A DNA stretch of 64,000 nucleotides from Eledone cirrhosa (Eukaryota): assembly GCA_964016885.1 (NCBI GenBank), contig OZ024764.1, forward strand, positions 18,228,001 through 18,292,000, written 5' to 3'. The position numbers and the translations under genes are program-made. Shown one piece after another: positions 14,101-40,300 of this stretch. Numbering within the stretch: the first letter of the stretch is position 1; every line of letters begins with the position of its first letter. Below the pieces are notes generated by a model, which saw only the letters and a program-made list of their open reading frames with translations, ran no database searches and was not told where the DNA came from.

Positions 14101-16127
14101 TACATTATCTAATGTGTCCTGTCTTATATACAGACACAGTGTATCTAGGACTACATTATCTAATGTGTCCTGTCTTATATACAGACACAGTCTACCTAGG
14201 ACTACATTATCTAATGTGTCCTGTCTTATATTCAGACACAGTGTATCTAGGACTACATTATCTAATGTGTCCTGTCTTATATTCAGACACAGTGTATCTA
14301 GGACTACATTATCTAATGTGTCCTGTCTTATATTCAGACACAGTGTATCTAGGACTACATTATCTAATGTGTCCTGTCTTATATACAGACACAGTGTACC
14401 TAGGACTACATTATCTAATGTGTCCTGTCTTATATTCAGACACAGTGTATCTAGGACTACATTATCTAATGTGTCCTGTCTTATATTCAGATACAGTGTA
14501 CCTAGGACTACATTATCTAATGTGTCCTGTCTTATATTCAGACACAGTGTATCTAGGACTACATTATCTAATGTGTCCTGTCTTATATACAGACACAGTG
14601 TATCTAGGACTACATTATCTAATGTGTCCTGTCTTATATACAGACACAGTGTACCTAGGACTACACTATCTAATGTGTCCTGTATTATATACAGACACAG
14701 TGTATCTAGGACTACATTATCTAATGTGTCCTGTCTTATATACAGACACAGTGTATCTAGGACTACATTATCTAATGTGTCCTGTCTTATATACAGACAC
14801 AGTGTATCTAGGACTACATTATCTAATGTGTCCTGTCTTATATTCAGACACAGTGTATCTAGGACTACATTATCTAATGTGTCCTGTCTTATATACAGAC
14901 ACAGTCTACCTAGGACTACATTATCTAATGTGTTCTGTCTTATATACAGACACAGTGTATCTAGGACTACATTATCTAATGTGTCCTGTCTTATATACAG
15001 ACACAGTGTATCTAGGACTACATTATCTAAAGTGTCCTGTCTTATATACAGACACAGTCTATCTAGGACTACATTATCTAATGTGTCCTGTCTTATATTC
15101 AGACACAGTGTATCTAGGACTACATTATCTAATGTATCCTGTCTTATATTCAGACACAGTGTATCTAGGACTACATTATCTAATGTGTCCTGTCTTATAT
15201 TCAGACACAGTGTATCTAGGACTACATTATCTAATGTGTCCTGTCTTATATACAGACACAGTGTATCTAGGACTACATTATCTAATGTGTCATGTCGTAT
15301 ATACAGACACAGTGTATCTAGGACTACATTATCTAATGTGTCCTGTCTTATATACAGACACAGTGTATCTAGGACTACATTATCTAATGTGTCCTGTCTT
15401 ATATACAGACACAGTGTATCTAGGACTACATTATCTAATGTGTCCTGTCTTATATAGAGACAGTGTATCTAGGACTACATTATCTAATGTGTCCTGTCTT
15501 ATATACAGACAGTGTATCTAGGACTACATTATCTAATGTGTCCTGTCTTATATACAGACACAGTGTATCTAGGACTACATTATCTAATGTGTCCTGTCTT
15601 ATATACAGACACAGTGTACCTAGGACTACATTATCTAATGTGTCCTGTCTTATATACAGACACAGTGTACCTAGGACTACATTATCTAATGTGTCATGTC
15701 GTATATACAGACACAGTGTATCTAGGACTACATTATCTAATGTGTCATGTCGTATATACAGACACAGTGTATCTAGGACTACATTATCTAATGTGTCCTG
15801 TCTTATATACAGACACAGTGTACCTAGGACTACATTATCTAATGTGTCCTGTCTTATATACAGACACAGTGTATCTAGGACTACATTATCTAATGTGTCA
15901 TGTCGTATATACAGACACAGTGTATCTAGGACTACATTATCTAATGTGTCATGTCGTATATACAGACACAGTGTATCTAGGACTACATTATCTAATGTGT
16001 CCTGTCTTATATACAGACAGTGTACCTAGGACTACATTATCTAATGTGTCATGTCGTATATACAGACACAGTGTATCTAGGACTACATTATCTAATGTGT
16101 CATGTCGTATATACAGACACAGTGTAT
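11116..16127. repeat. 51-bp minisatellite, ~98 copies, with 918-bp (18-mer) higher-order repeat
   Basis: Unit gtgtatctaggactacattatctaatgtgtcctgtcttatatacagacaca; variant cagatacag at 12652, 13570 and 14488 (918-bp spacing). Confidence 0.98.
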
Positions 16128-16444
16128 GTACAGTAAGTTTTCAGAAAGTTAAGTATACGAGGGTCAGCTGAAAGGTTCATAGTCTGACCAAGGGACTCTC
16201 ATGGAATGACCAAATGAGGTTTATTTTTCAACATGGTCTCTGGTAAGAAACAATGCAGTTATTAATGAGAAGAGTTGAAATTAATACATGCAAGATTTAA
16301 CAGCTCTAGCATCACTTCTTCATAGTCAGCCGACTCTTGTATATGTACATATGTATATGTGTATGTATATATATATATGTATGTATATTTATATGTATAT
16401 ATATCCTCGTAATTTAGAATCGTATTATCGGATCTACGTCGCAT

Positions 16445-16722
16445 TCGATGAGGAGCACTCCAGCTAATTCAATCAAAAGGACATCCTGCTCGGGAAATTA
16501 ACACGTAAGTTAGTGCCTGAGCATTCCGCGAACAGCTATCTCTGAGGGAGATTTACTGAGACAACGTTGGGCCCTCTATAATTACTGGTACAACTCATTT
16601 GGACTAAAGCAACGTTAAATAAAGTGTTGTGCTCAAGGACACCACACACTTCCCGGCTCAGCGGCTCGAACTCATTACCTGAAGATCGTGGGTAGAACAC
16701 TTTAATTGTACGCCACGGCACC
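16445..16722 (-). mobile_element. Degenerate tRNA-derived SINE with CORE-like domain
   Basis: Minus strand has gagttcgagcc (B box) and gtgtccttgagcacaacactt (CORE-like motif). Confidence 0.65.
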
Positions 16723-16860
16723 CCGAATTTAGAATCATCAAGGGAGATAACTCTAATCTTCTTCTAGGTGTTTGTGTATAAGTGAATATGCGTGCGTGCG
16801 TGTATGTATATATATATATATATATATATACGATGATATTAAATAAATGGAAACTATATT

Positions 16861-16921
16861 TATTCTATTATATAAATTTCAAGGGTACCAAAATTTTGGT
16901 ACGCTATCATCAGATAAAATA
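16861..16921 (-). ncRNA. Type I minimal hammerhead ribozyme motif
   Basis: Minus strand: tattttat-CTGATGA-tagc-gtaccaaa..tttggtac-cctt-GAAA-tttataT-A-atagaata. Stem I is 8 bp (one G-U); strong stem II. Confidence 0.7.
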
Positions 16922-17149
16922 CAAAAAATATTTGACATGACCAAGGATGATATACCTTAACGGTTCAAGGTATCCCTGGAAAGTCTCTCTCTCTCTATAT
17001 ATATATAATAAGAAGTTGACGGACCCAGCATAGTTATCAATGCCAGGACCGGTTACATCTCAGCGTACTCAATAGGTAATGTTTGAAATAATGTTAAATA
17101 CACTCCCAGAGTATACACATAGTTATTCGCTTCAATATAACACACGTAA

Positions 17150-17186
<37 letters not shown>

Positions 17187-17234
17187 GGAATTAGCAGTCA
17201 ATACGACAGGAGCTCAGCCATCGGGCCGTGACTC

Positions 17235-17270
<36 letters not shown>

Positions 17271-17989
17271 TGGACGAATCGACTCAAGAACTAGACTAGT
17301 ACTTTATTTTATCGATCGCGAATGGACGAACGTTACAGTTGACCTTGGCGGGATTTGCATTCAAAGAGCAGAGAGCCGGAACAAATACCGCAAGATACTC
17401 TATACGACCGTCTAACAACTTTGCTAAATTCACCGCCTTTACTCCAGCAAATACTGTGGAAAACTTTATAAGTATCGGCCCCTCTCGGACAGGTTTGTGG
17501 TAGATCCTGTAGCTGGGGAGACTTCGGCCGTTTTTGCCCCCCCCCCCCCGGACCACATCCCTACACACTGCTACCGGGGCGAATTTTGCCGTCCGCCAGT
17601 CGGTGCGAGCCACTCCCTCCCCAGTCTTAATCCAACCCTACCTACGTATCTATCTACCTACCTACCTACCTACTTACCTATCTGCTTATCTACCTACCTA
17701 CCCACTTACCTATCTGTCTATCTATCTAAAGGGTCGGATTTAATGTGGAGGTTGCTGTGTATTCTAATTTTTCGTGTATGAGAGCCAACCTGAAATGCGC
17801 CGGGCTCCCCTCCCCAAGAGTCTAAATTCAACCCTACCTCCATCACAAGTCAAATTAAATATTTGCATATTTTCAAAAGGGACCCCCCACCCCAGAATTA
17901 CCGTTAATTCTATGAGCGGGATGTTTCAATTAATAAAACAACTAAAACAGTAGTCCTCGTTCCCCACCGACGGAGAACCCAACAGAAAG

Positions 17990-18108
17990 GCACCAAACCT
18001 GTTCGACTGATTAATACAACGAGGCAGCTGATTGGTCAGTTGTCTCAGCCAATCAAATGCTGGGGAATTACTTTTGAATGAAAGAGATTAATGGAATAAC
18101 ATCGTAAG
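17990..18108 (+). promoter_or_regulatory. Putative promoter and non-coding first exon of the myosin gene
   Basis: Opposed CCAAT boxes (gattgg ~18030, ccaatca ~18049) in a locally CpG-richer unique region, then a strong donor aag|gtgagt at 18108/18109. Confidence 0.5.
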
Positions 18109-18416
18109 GTGAGTAAAACATCTTATGTTGTGTTGTGGCCTGCATTCCTTTCTTGCCTTTTGTAAGTGTCCTAGCATTCCACAGAGACACAGGTACTGTC
18201 ACTGTAGTTATCAGGGAGATTCAGTGAGTCACACACACACACGTATACTGTGACCAGTTCTCAGGGAGAGTCAGCGACACTATGTTGGACAGGTGTACCT
18301 TTAGTATAGTTCTCAGGGAGATTCAGTATAAATTACAGGTACAGTCCCTCTACGTGTTATTGTGTAAGCGGCCGAGTATATATGTGTGTAGGTGTCTATA
18401 TATGTATGTGTGTTTT

Positions 18417-18483
<67 letters not shown>

Positions 18484-18498
18484 TATATATATATATAT

Positions 18499-18630
18499 AT
18501 AGGAAAAGAGTCAGGACCCCGACGGCTGAGCTCCGGTCCTGACTCTTTTCCTATTACCCACTCTACTATCCTAAGTATTGAGTACTCTGGTGCCTTATGG
18601 TCCACCTGGTTTCTTACAACACCTTCATTG
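18499..18630. mobile_element. Short hairpin-headed dispersed element in (TA)n
   Basis: ataggaaaagagtcaggacc...ggtcctgactcttttcctat stem plus a tail shared with 19053-19218; partial homolog at 17181-17235. Confidence 0.6.
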
Positions 18631-18678
<48 letters not shown>

Positions 18679-18682
<4 letters not shown>

Positions 18683-18946
18683 TATTCGAAATGTTAACAA
18701 ATGAAAAATATTCTCATAATCAAAATATATACTTTATTATATATATTTCAAAGGTACTGTGTAGTTTTTTCAGTACGTCCTCATCTAGAATAATCAAGAC
18801 CGTAGCAGTATGTCATATATCAAATCATATATTTTGTCTGGTGAGGACGTACTGAAAAAACAGCACAGTACCTTTGAAATATATATAATAAAGTATATAT
18901 TTTGATTATGAGAATATTTTCCATTTATTAACATTTCGAATAATAT
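18679..18946. mobile_element. Inverted repeat (~110-bp arms) with a degenerate hammerhead core in each arm
   Basis: Right arm 18832-18893: ttttgt-CTGGTGA-ggac-gtactg...cagtac-cttt-GAAA-tatataT-A-ataaag. The left-arm core reads CTAGATGA on the minus strand. Confidence 0.65.
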
Positions 18947-19052
18947 TAAAAACTCCAGGAAAACTTTTTGTTGGGTGCTTCTAATCTATTGTAAAATTGT
19001 ATTCGTTGAGTAATCAACGAACCATATTAATCTTTGGTTATATATATATATA

Positions 19053-19217
19053 TAGAAACGAGTAGGATCCCGACGGCTGAGCTCAAGCCGTTTCGACGGC
19101 TAATTCTGGACTCAGCTGTCGGGGTCCTACTCGTTCCTATTACCCACTCTACTACCCTAAGTATTGAGTACTTTGGTGCGTTATGGTCCACCTGGTTCCT
19201 TACCACATTTCCTTCGT

Positions 19218-19218
<1 letters not shown>
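19053..19218. mobile_element. Second copy of the hairpin-headed element
   Basis: tagaaacgagtaggatcccgacggctgag...ctcagctgtcggggtcctactcgttccta stem plus shared tail. Confidence 0.6.
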
Positions 19219-19254
<36 letters not shown>

Positions 19255-19462
19255 TTTTCCACCTCGTTCCGTACTCCGAGTTCAAATCCCGCCGGGGTCA
19301 ACTTTACCTTTCACCCTTTTGAGGTTGATAGAAAAAATCGGGAGAGGGTTGGGCACTGCCAGGTTTAAAAGTGCCCTAGACACGCCGTATGACAGTGCCT
19401 CTACAACTCCACAAGGAGTTATGGGATCTTTATCTATGTGTGTGTTATATATATATATATAT

Positions 19463-19580
19463 AATTGTTTCTACTTTAGGCACAAGGCCAGCAATTACCA
19501 GTGCATTACTGGTACTTTATTTTATCGACCCCGTAAGGATGAAAGGCAAAGTCAACCTCGGCGGGATTTGAACTCAGATG
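19463..19580 (-). mobile_element. SINE family A, 5'-truncated
   Basis: Reverse complement of the family A body and tail. Confidence 0.8.
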
Positions 19581-19791
19581 GTATATATATATATAATGTG
19601 TGTGTGTATGTTGACTATAAATATCAACAACTTATACCATCGCTACCCCCAGCAATACAAACCTCAACAGCGAGGGGAGGGACAAGGCTCTCTTGTGGGC
19701 AGTACCCCCCAAGGTCATTAGAGGATGTTTAGAGTTAATTAAGTAAATTAATTATTTTGTTTCAGGCTGATTGGACTAACGAGAAGCAACG

Positions 19792-34338
<14,547 letters not shown>

Positions 34339-34399
34339 GTCACTGGAGCTTTTTGTGAGGGTTGGCAAAGTTTTGTGGGTGTCAGTAGTTGTTTGTGGA

Positions 34400-37300
34400 G
34401 TTTTGTGAGGGTCTGTAGGTCTCTGTGTGAAGGTCTGGAGATTTGTGGGTCTCTGTGTGAAGGTCTGGAGTATTGTGGGTCTCTGTGAGGGTCTGTAGGT
34501 CTCTGTGTGAAGGTCTGGAGGTTTGTGGGTCTGTGAGGGTCTGTAGGTCTCTGTGTGAAGGTCTGGAGGTTTGTGGGTCTCTGTGAAGGTCTGTAGGTCT
34601 CTGTGTGAATGTCTGGAGGTTTGTAGATCTCTGTGTGAAGGTCTGGAGGTTTGTGGGTCTCTGTGAGGGTCTGTAGGTCTCTGTGTGAAGGTCTGGAGGT
34701 TTGTGGGTCTCTGTGAGAGTTTGTAGGTCTCTGTGTGAAGGTCTGGAGGTTTGTGGGTCTCTGTGAGGGTCTGTAGGTCTCTGTGTGAAGGTCTGGAGGT
34801 TTGTGGGTCTGTGAGGGTCTGTAGGTCTCTGTGTGAAGGTCTGGAGGTTTGTGGGTCTCTGTGAAGGTCTGTAGGTCTCTGTGTGAAGGTCTGGAGGTTT
34901 GTAGATCGCTGTGTGAAGGTCTGGAGGTTTGTGGGTCTCTGTGAGGGTCTGTAGGTCTCTGTGTGAAGGTCTGGAGGTTTGTGGGTCTCTGTGAGAGTTA
35001 GTAGGTCTCTGTGAGAGTTTGTAGGTCTCTGTGTGAAGGTCTGGAGGTTTGTGGGTCTCTGTGAGGGTCTGTAGGTCTCTGTGTGAAGGTCTGGAGGTTT
35101 GTGGGTCTGTGAGGGTCTGTAGGTCTCTGTGTGAAGGTCTGGAGGTTTGTGGGTCTCTGTGAAGGTCTGTAGGTCTCTGTGTGAAGGTCTGGAGGTTTGT
35201 AGATCGCTGTGTGAAGGTCTGGAGGTTTGTGGGTCTCTGTGAGGGTCTGTAGGTCTCTGTGTGAAGGTCTGGAGGTTTGTGGGTCTCTGTGAGAGTTAGT
35301 AGGTCTCTGTGAGAGTTTGTAGGTCTCTGTGTGAAGGTCTGGAGGTTTGTGGGTCTCTGTGAGGGTCTGTAGGTCTCTGTGTGAAGGTCTGGAGGTTTGT
35401 GGGTCCCTGTGAAGGTCTGGAGGTTTGTAGGTCTCTGTGAGGGTCTGTAGGTCTCTGTGTGAAGGTCTGGAGGTTTGTGGATCTCTGTGAGGGTCTGTAG
35501 GTCTCTGTGTGAAGGTCTGGAGGTTTGTGGGTCTCTGTGAGAGTTTGTAGGTCTCTGTGTGAAGGTCTGGAGGTTTGTGGGTCTCTGTAGGTCTCTGTGT
35601 GAAGGTCTGGAGGTTTGTGGGTCTCTGTGAGGGTCTGTAGGTCTCTGTGTGAAGGTCTGGAGGTTTGTGGGTCTCTGTGAAGGTCTGTAGGTCTCTGTGT
35701 GAAGGTCTGGAGGTTTGTAGGTCTCTGTGAGGGTCTGTAGGTCTCCGTGTGAAGGTCTGGAGGTTTGTGGGTCTCTGTGAGGGTCTGTAGGTCTCTGTGT
35801 GAAGGTCTGGAGGTTTGTGGGTCTCTGTGTGAAGGTCTGGAGGTTTGTGGGTCTCTGTGAGGGTCTGTAGGTCTCTGTGTGAAGGTCTGGAGGTTTGTGG
35901 GTCTCTGTGAGGGTCTGTAGGTCTCTGTGTGAAGGTCTGGAGGTTTGTGGGTCCCTGTGAAGGTCTGGAGGTTTGTGGGTCTCTGTGTGAAGGTCTGGAG
36001 GTTTGTGGGTCTCTGTGTGAAGGTCTGGAGGTGTGTGGGTCTCTGTGAGAGTTTGTAGGTCTCTGTGTGAAGGTCTGGAGGTTTGTGGGTCTCTGTGAGA
36101 GTTTGTAGGTCTCTGTGTGAAGGTCTGGAGGTTTGTGGGTCTCTGTAGGTCTCTGTGTGAAGGTCTGGAGGTTTGTGGGTCTCTGTGAGGGTCTGTAGAT
36201 CTCTGTGTGAAGGTCTGGAGGTTTGTAGGTCTCTGTGAGGGTCTGTAGGTCTCTGTATGAAGGTCTGGAGGTTTGTGGGTCTCTGTGTGAAGGTCTGGAG
36301 GTTTGTGGGTCTCTGTGAGGGTCTGTAGGTCTCTGTGTGAAGGTCTGGAGGTTTGTGGGTCTCTGTGAAGGTCTGTAGGTCTCTGTGTGAAGGTCTGGAG
36401 GTTTGTGGGTCTCTGTGAGGGTCTGTAGGTCTCTGTGTGAAGGTCTGGAGGTTTGTGGGTCTCTGTGAAGGTCTGTAGGTCTCTGTGTGAAGGTCTGGAG
36501 GTTTGTATGTCTCTGTGAGGGTCTGTAGGTCTCTGTATGAAGGTCTGGAGGTTTGTGGGTCTCTGTGAGGGTCTGTAGGTCTCTGTGTGAAGGGCTGGAG
36601 GTTTGTGGGTCTCTGTGAAGGTCTGTAGGTCTCTGTGTGAAGGTCTGGAGGTTTGTGGGTCTCTGTAGGTCTCTGTGTGAAGGTCTGGAGGTTTGTGGGT
36701 CTCTGTGAAGGTCTGTAGGTCTCTGTGTGAAGGTCTGGCGGTTTGTGGGTCTCTGTGAGGGTCTGTAGGTCTCTGTGAAGGTCTGGAGGTTTGTGGGTCT
36801 CTGTGAAGGTCTGTAGGTCTCTGTGTGAAGGTCTGGAGGTTTGTGGGTCTCTGTGAGGGTCTGTAGGTCTCTGTGTGACGGTCTGGAGGTTTGTGGGTCT
36901 CTGTGAAGGTCTGTAGGTCTCTGTGTGAAGGTCTGGAGGTTTGTGGGTCTCTGTAGGTCTCTGTGTGAAAGTCTGGAGGTTTGTGGGTCTCTGTGAGGGT
37001 CTGTAGGTCTCTGTGTGAAGGTCTGGAGGTTTGTGGGTCTCTGTGAAGGTCTGTAGGTCTCTGTGTGAAGGTCTGGAGGTTTGTAGGTCTCTGTGAGGGT
37101 CTGTAGGTCTCTGTGTGAAGGTCTGGAGGTTTGTGGGTCTCTGTGAGGGTCTGTAGGTCTCTGTGTGAAGGTCTGGAGGTTTGTGGGTCCCTGTGAAGGT
37201 CTGTAGGTCTCTGTGTGAAGGTCTGGAGGTTTGTGGGTCTCTGTGTGAAGGTCTGGAGGTTTGTGGGTCTCTGTGAGGGTCTGTAGGTCTCTGTGTGAAG

Positions 37301-40300
37301 GTCTGGAGGTTTGTGGGTCCCTGTGAAGGTCTGTAGGTCTCTGTGTGAAGGTCTGGAGGTTTGTAGGTCTCTGTGAGGGTCTGTAGGTCTCTGTGTGAAG
37401 GTCTGGAGGTTTGTGGGTCTCTGTGAGAGTTTGTAGGTCTCTGTGTGAAGGTCTGGAGGTTTGTGGGTCTCTGTGAGGGTCTGTAGGTCTCTGTGTGAAG
37501 GTCTGGAGGTGTGTGGCTCTCTGTGAGGGTCTGTAGGTCTCTGTGTGAAGGTCTGGAGGTTTGTGGGTCTCTGTAGGTCTCTGTGTGAAGGTCTGGAGGT
37601 TTGTGGGTCTCTGTGAGGGTCTGTAGGTCTCTGTGTGAAGGTCTGGAGGTTTGTGGGTCCCTGTGAAGGTCTGTAGGTCTCTGCGTGAAGGTCTGGAGGT
37701 TTGTGGGTCTCTGTGTGAAGGTCTGGAGGTTTGTGGGTCTCTGTGTGAAGGTCTGGAGGTTTGTGGGTCTCTGTGTGAAGGTCTGGAGGTGTGTGGGTCT
37801 CTGTGAGAGTTTGTAGGTCTCTGTGTGAAGGTCTGGAGGTTTGTGGGTCTCTGTGAAGGTCTGTAGGTCTCTGTGTGAAGGTCTGGAGGTTTGTGGGTCT
37901 CTGTGAGGGTCTGTAGGTCTCTGTGTGAAGGTCTGGAGGTTTGTGGGTCTCTGTGAAGGTCTGTAGGTCTCTGTGTGAAGGTCTGGAGGTTTGTGGGTCT
38001 CTGTGAGGGTCTGTAGGTCTCGGTGTGAAGGTCTGGAGGTTTGTGGGTCTCTGTGAAGGTCTGTAGGTCTCTGTGTGAAGGTCTGGAGGTTTGTAGGTCT
38101 CTGTGAGGGTCTGTAGGTCTCTGTATGAAGGTCTGGAGGTTTGTGGGTCTCTGTGAGGGTCTGTAGGTCTCTGTGTGAAGGGCTGGAGGTTTGTGGGTCT
38201 CTGTGAAGGTCTGTAGGTCTCTGTGTGAAGGTCTGGAGGTTTGTGGGTCTCTGTGAGGGTCTGTAGGTCTCTGTGTGAAGGTCTGGAGATTTGTGGGTCT
38301 CTGTGAAGGTCTGTAGGTCTCTGTGTGAAGGTCTGGAGGTTTGTGGGTCTCTGTGAGGGTCTGTAGGTCTCTGTGAAGGTCTGGAGGTTTGTGGGTCTCT
38401 GTGAAGGTCTGTCGGTCTCTGTGTGAAGGTCTGGAGGTTTGTGGGTCTCTGTGAGGGTCTGTAGGTCTCTGTGTGACGGTCTGGAGGTTTGTGGGTCTCT
38501 GTGAAGGTCTGTAGGTCTCTGTGTGAAGGTCTGGAGGTTTGTGGGTCTCTGTAGGTCTCTGTGTGAAGGTCTGGAGGTTTGTGGGTCTCTGTGAGGGTCT
38601 GTAGGTCTCTGTGTGAAGGTCTGGAGGTTTGTGGGTCTCTGTGAAGGTCTGTAGGTCTCTGTGTGAAGGTCTGGAGGTTTGTAGGTCTCTGTGAGGGTCT
38701 GTAGGTCTCTGTGTGAAGGTCTGGAGGTTTGTGGGTCTCTGTGAGGGTCTGTAGGTCTCTGTGTGAAGGTCTGGAGGTTTGTGGGTCTCTGTAAAGGTCT
38801 GTAGGTCTCTGTGTGAAGGTCTGGAGGTTTGTGGGTCTCTGTGAGGGTCTGTAGGTCTCTGTGTGAAGGTCTGGAGGTTTGTGGGTCTCTGTGAGGGTCT
38901 GTAGGTCTCTGTGTGAAGGTCTGGAGGTTTGTGGGTCCCTGTGAAGGTCTGTAGGTCTCTGTGTGAAGGTCTGGAGGTTTGTGGGTCTCTGTGTGAAGGT
39001 CTGGAGGTTTGTGGGTCCCTGTGAAGGTCTGTAGGTCTCTGTGTGAAGGTCTGGAGGTTTGTAGGTCTCTGTGAGGGTCTGTAGGTCTCTGTGTGAAGGT
39101 CTGGAGGTTTGTGGGTCTCTGTGAGAGTTTGTAGGTCTCTGTGTGAAGGTCTGGAGGTTTGTGGGTCTCTGTGAGGGTCTGTAGGTCTCTGTGTGAAGGT
39201 CTGGAGGTTTGTGGGTCTCTGTGAGGGTCTGTAGGTCTCTGTGTGAAGGTCTGGAGGTTTGTGGGTCTCTGTGAAGGTCTGTAGGTCTCTGTGTGAAGGT
39301 CTGGAGGTTTGTGGGTCTCTGTGAGGGTCTGTAGGTCTCTGTGTGAAGGTCTGCAGGTTTGTGGGTCTCTGTGAAGGTCTGTAGGTCTCTGTGTGAAGGT
39401 CTGGAGGTTTGTAGGTCTCTGTGAGGGTCTGTAGGTCTCTGTGTGAAGGTCTGGAGGTTTGTGGGTCTCTGTGAGGGTCTGTAGGTCTCTGTGTGACGGT
39501 CTGGAGGTTTGTGGGTCTCTGTGAGAGTTTGTAGGTCTCTGTGTGAAGGTCTGGAGGTTTGTGGGTCTCTGTGAGGGTCTGTAGGTCTCTGTGTGAAGGT
39601 CTGGAGGTTTGTGGGTCTCTGTGAAGGACTGTAGGTCTCTGTGTGTAGGTCTGGAGGTTTGTGGGTCTCTGTGACGGTCTGTAGGTCTCTGTGTGAAGGT
39701 CTGGAGGTTTGTGGGTCTCTGTGAAGGTCTGTAGGTCTCTGTGTGAAGGTCTGGAGGTTTGTGGGTCTCTGTGAGGGTCTGTAGGTCTCTGTGTGAAGGT
39801 GTGGAGGTTTGTGGGTCTCTGTGAAGGTCTGTAGGTCTCTGTGTGAAGGTCTGGAGGTTTGTAGGTCTCTGTCAGGGTCTGTAGGTCTCTGTGTGAAGGT
39901 CTGGAGGTTTGTGCTACTCTGTGAGGGTCTGTAGGTCTCTGTGTGACGGTCTGGAGGTTTGTGGGTCTCTGTGAGAGGTTGTAGGTCTCTGTGTGAAGGT
40001 CTGGAGGTTTGTGGGTCTCTGTGAGGGTCTGTAGGTCTCTGTGTGAAGGTCTGGAGGTTTGTGGGTCTCTGTGAGGGTCTGTAGGTCTCTGTGTGAAGGT
40101 TTGGAGGTTTGTGGGTCTCTGTGAAGGTCTGTAGGTCTCTGTGTGAAGGTCTGGAGGTTTGTGGGTCTCTGTGAGGGTCTGTAGGTCTCTGTGTGATGGT
40201 CTGGAGGTTTGTGGGTCTCTGTGAGGGTCTGTAGGTCTCTGTGTGAAGGTCTGGAGGTTTGTGGGTCTCTGTGAAGGTCTGTAGGTCTCTGTGTGAAGGT

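Noticed and set aside
11116-16127. CRISPR-like appearance (hairpin-containing regular repeats); also 31759-33183
   Set aside because: No unique spacers, no cas genes, and an intron-containing eukaryotic context.
11138-16171. Long ORFs (up to 1169 aa) of 17-aa repeats
   Set aside because: They follow from a 51-bp (3n) unit being open in two frames; 49-bp units frameshift freely, and there is no non-repetitive domain or splice context.
18078-18108. Short ATG-initiated frames in the putative first exon
   Set aside because: Both terminate within the exon (9 and 2 codons). They are at best uORFs, and the TSS is unknown.
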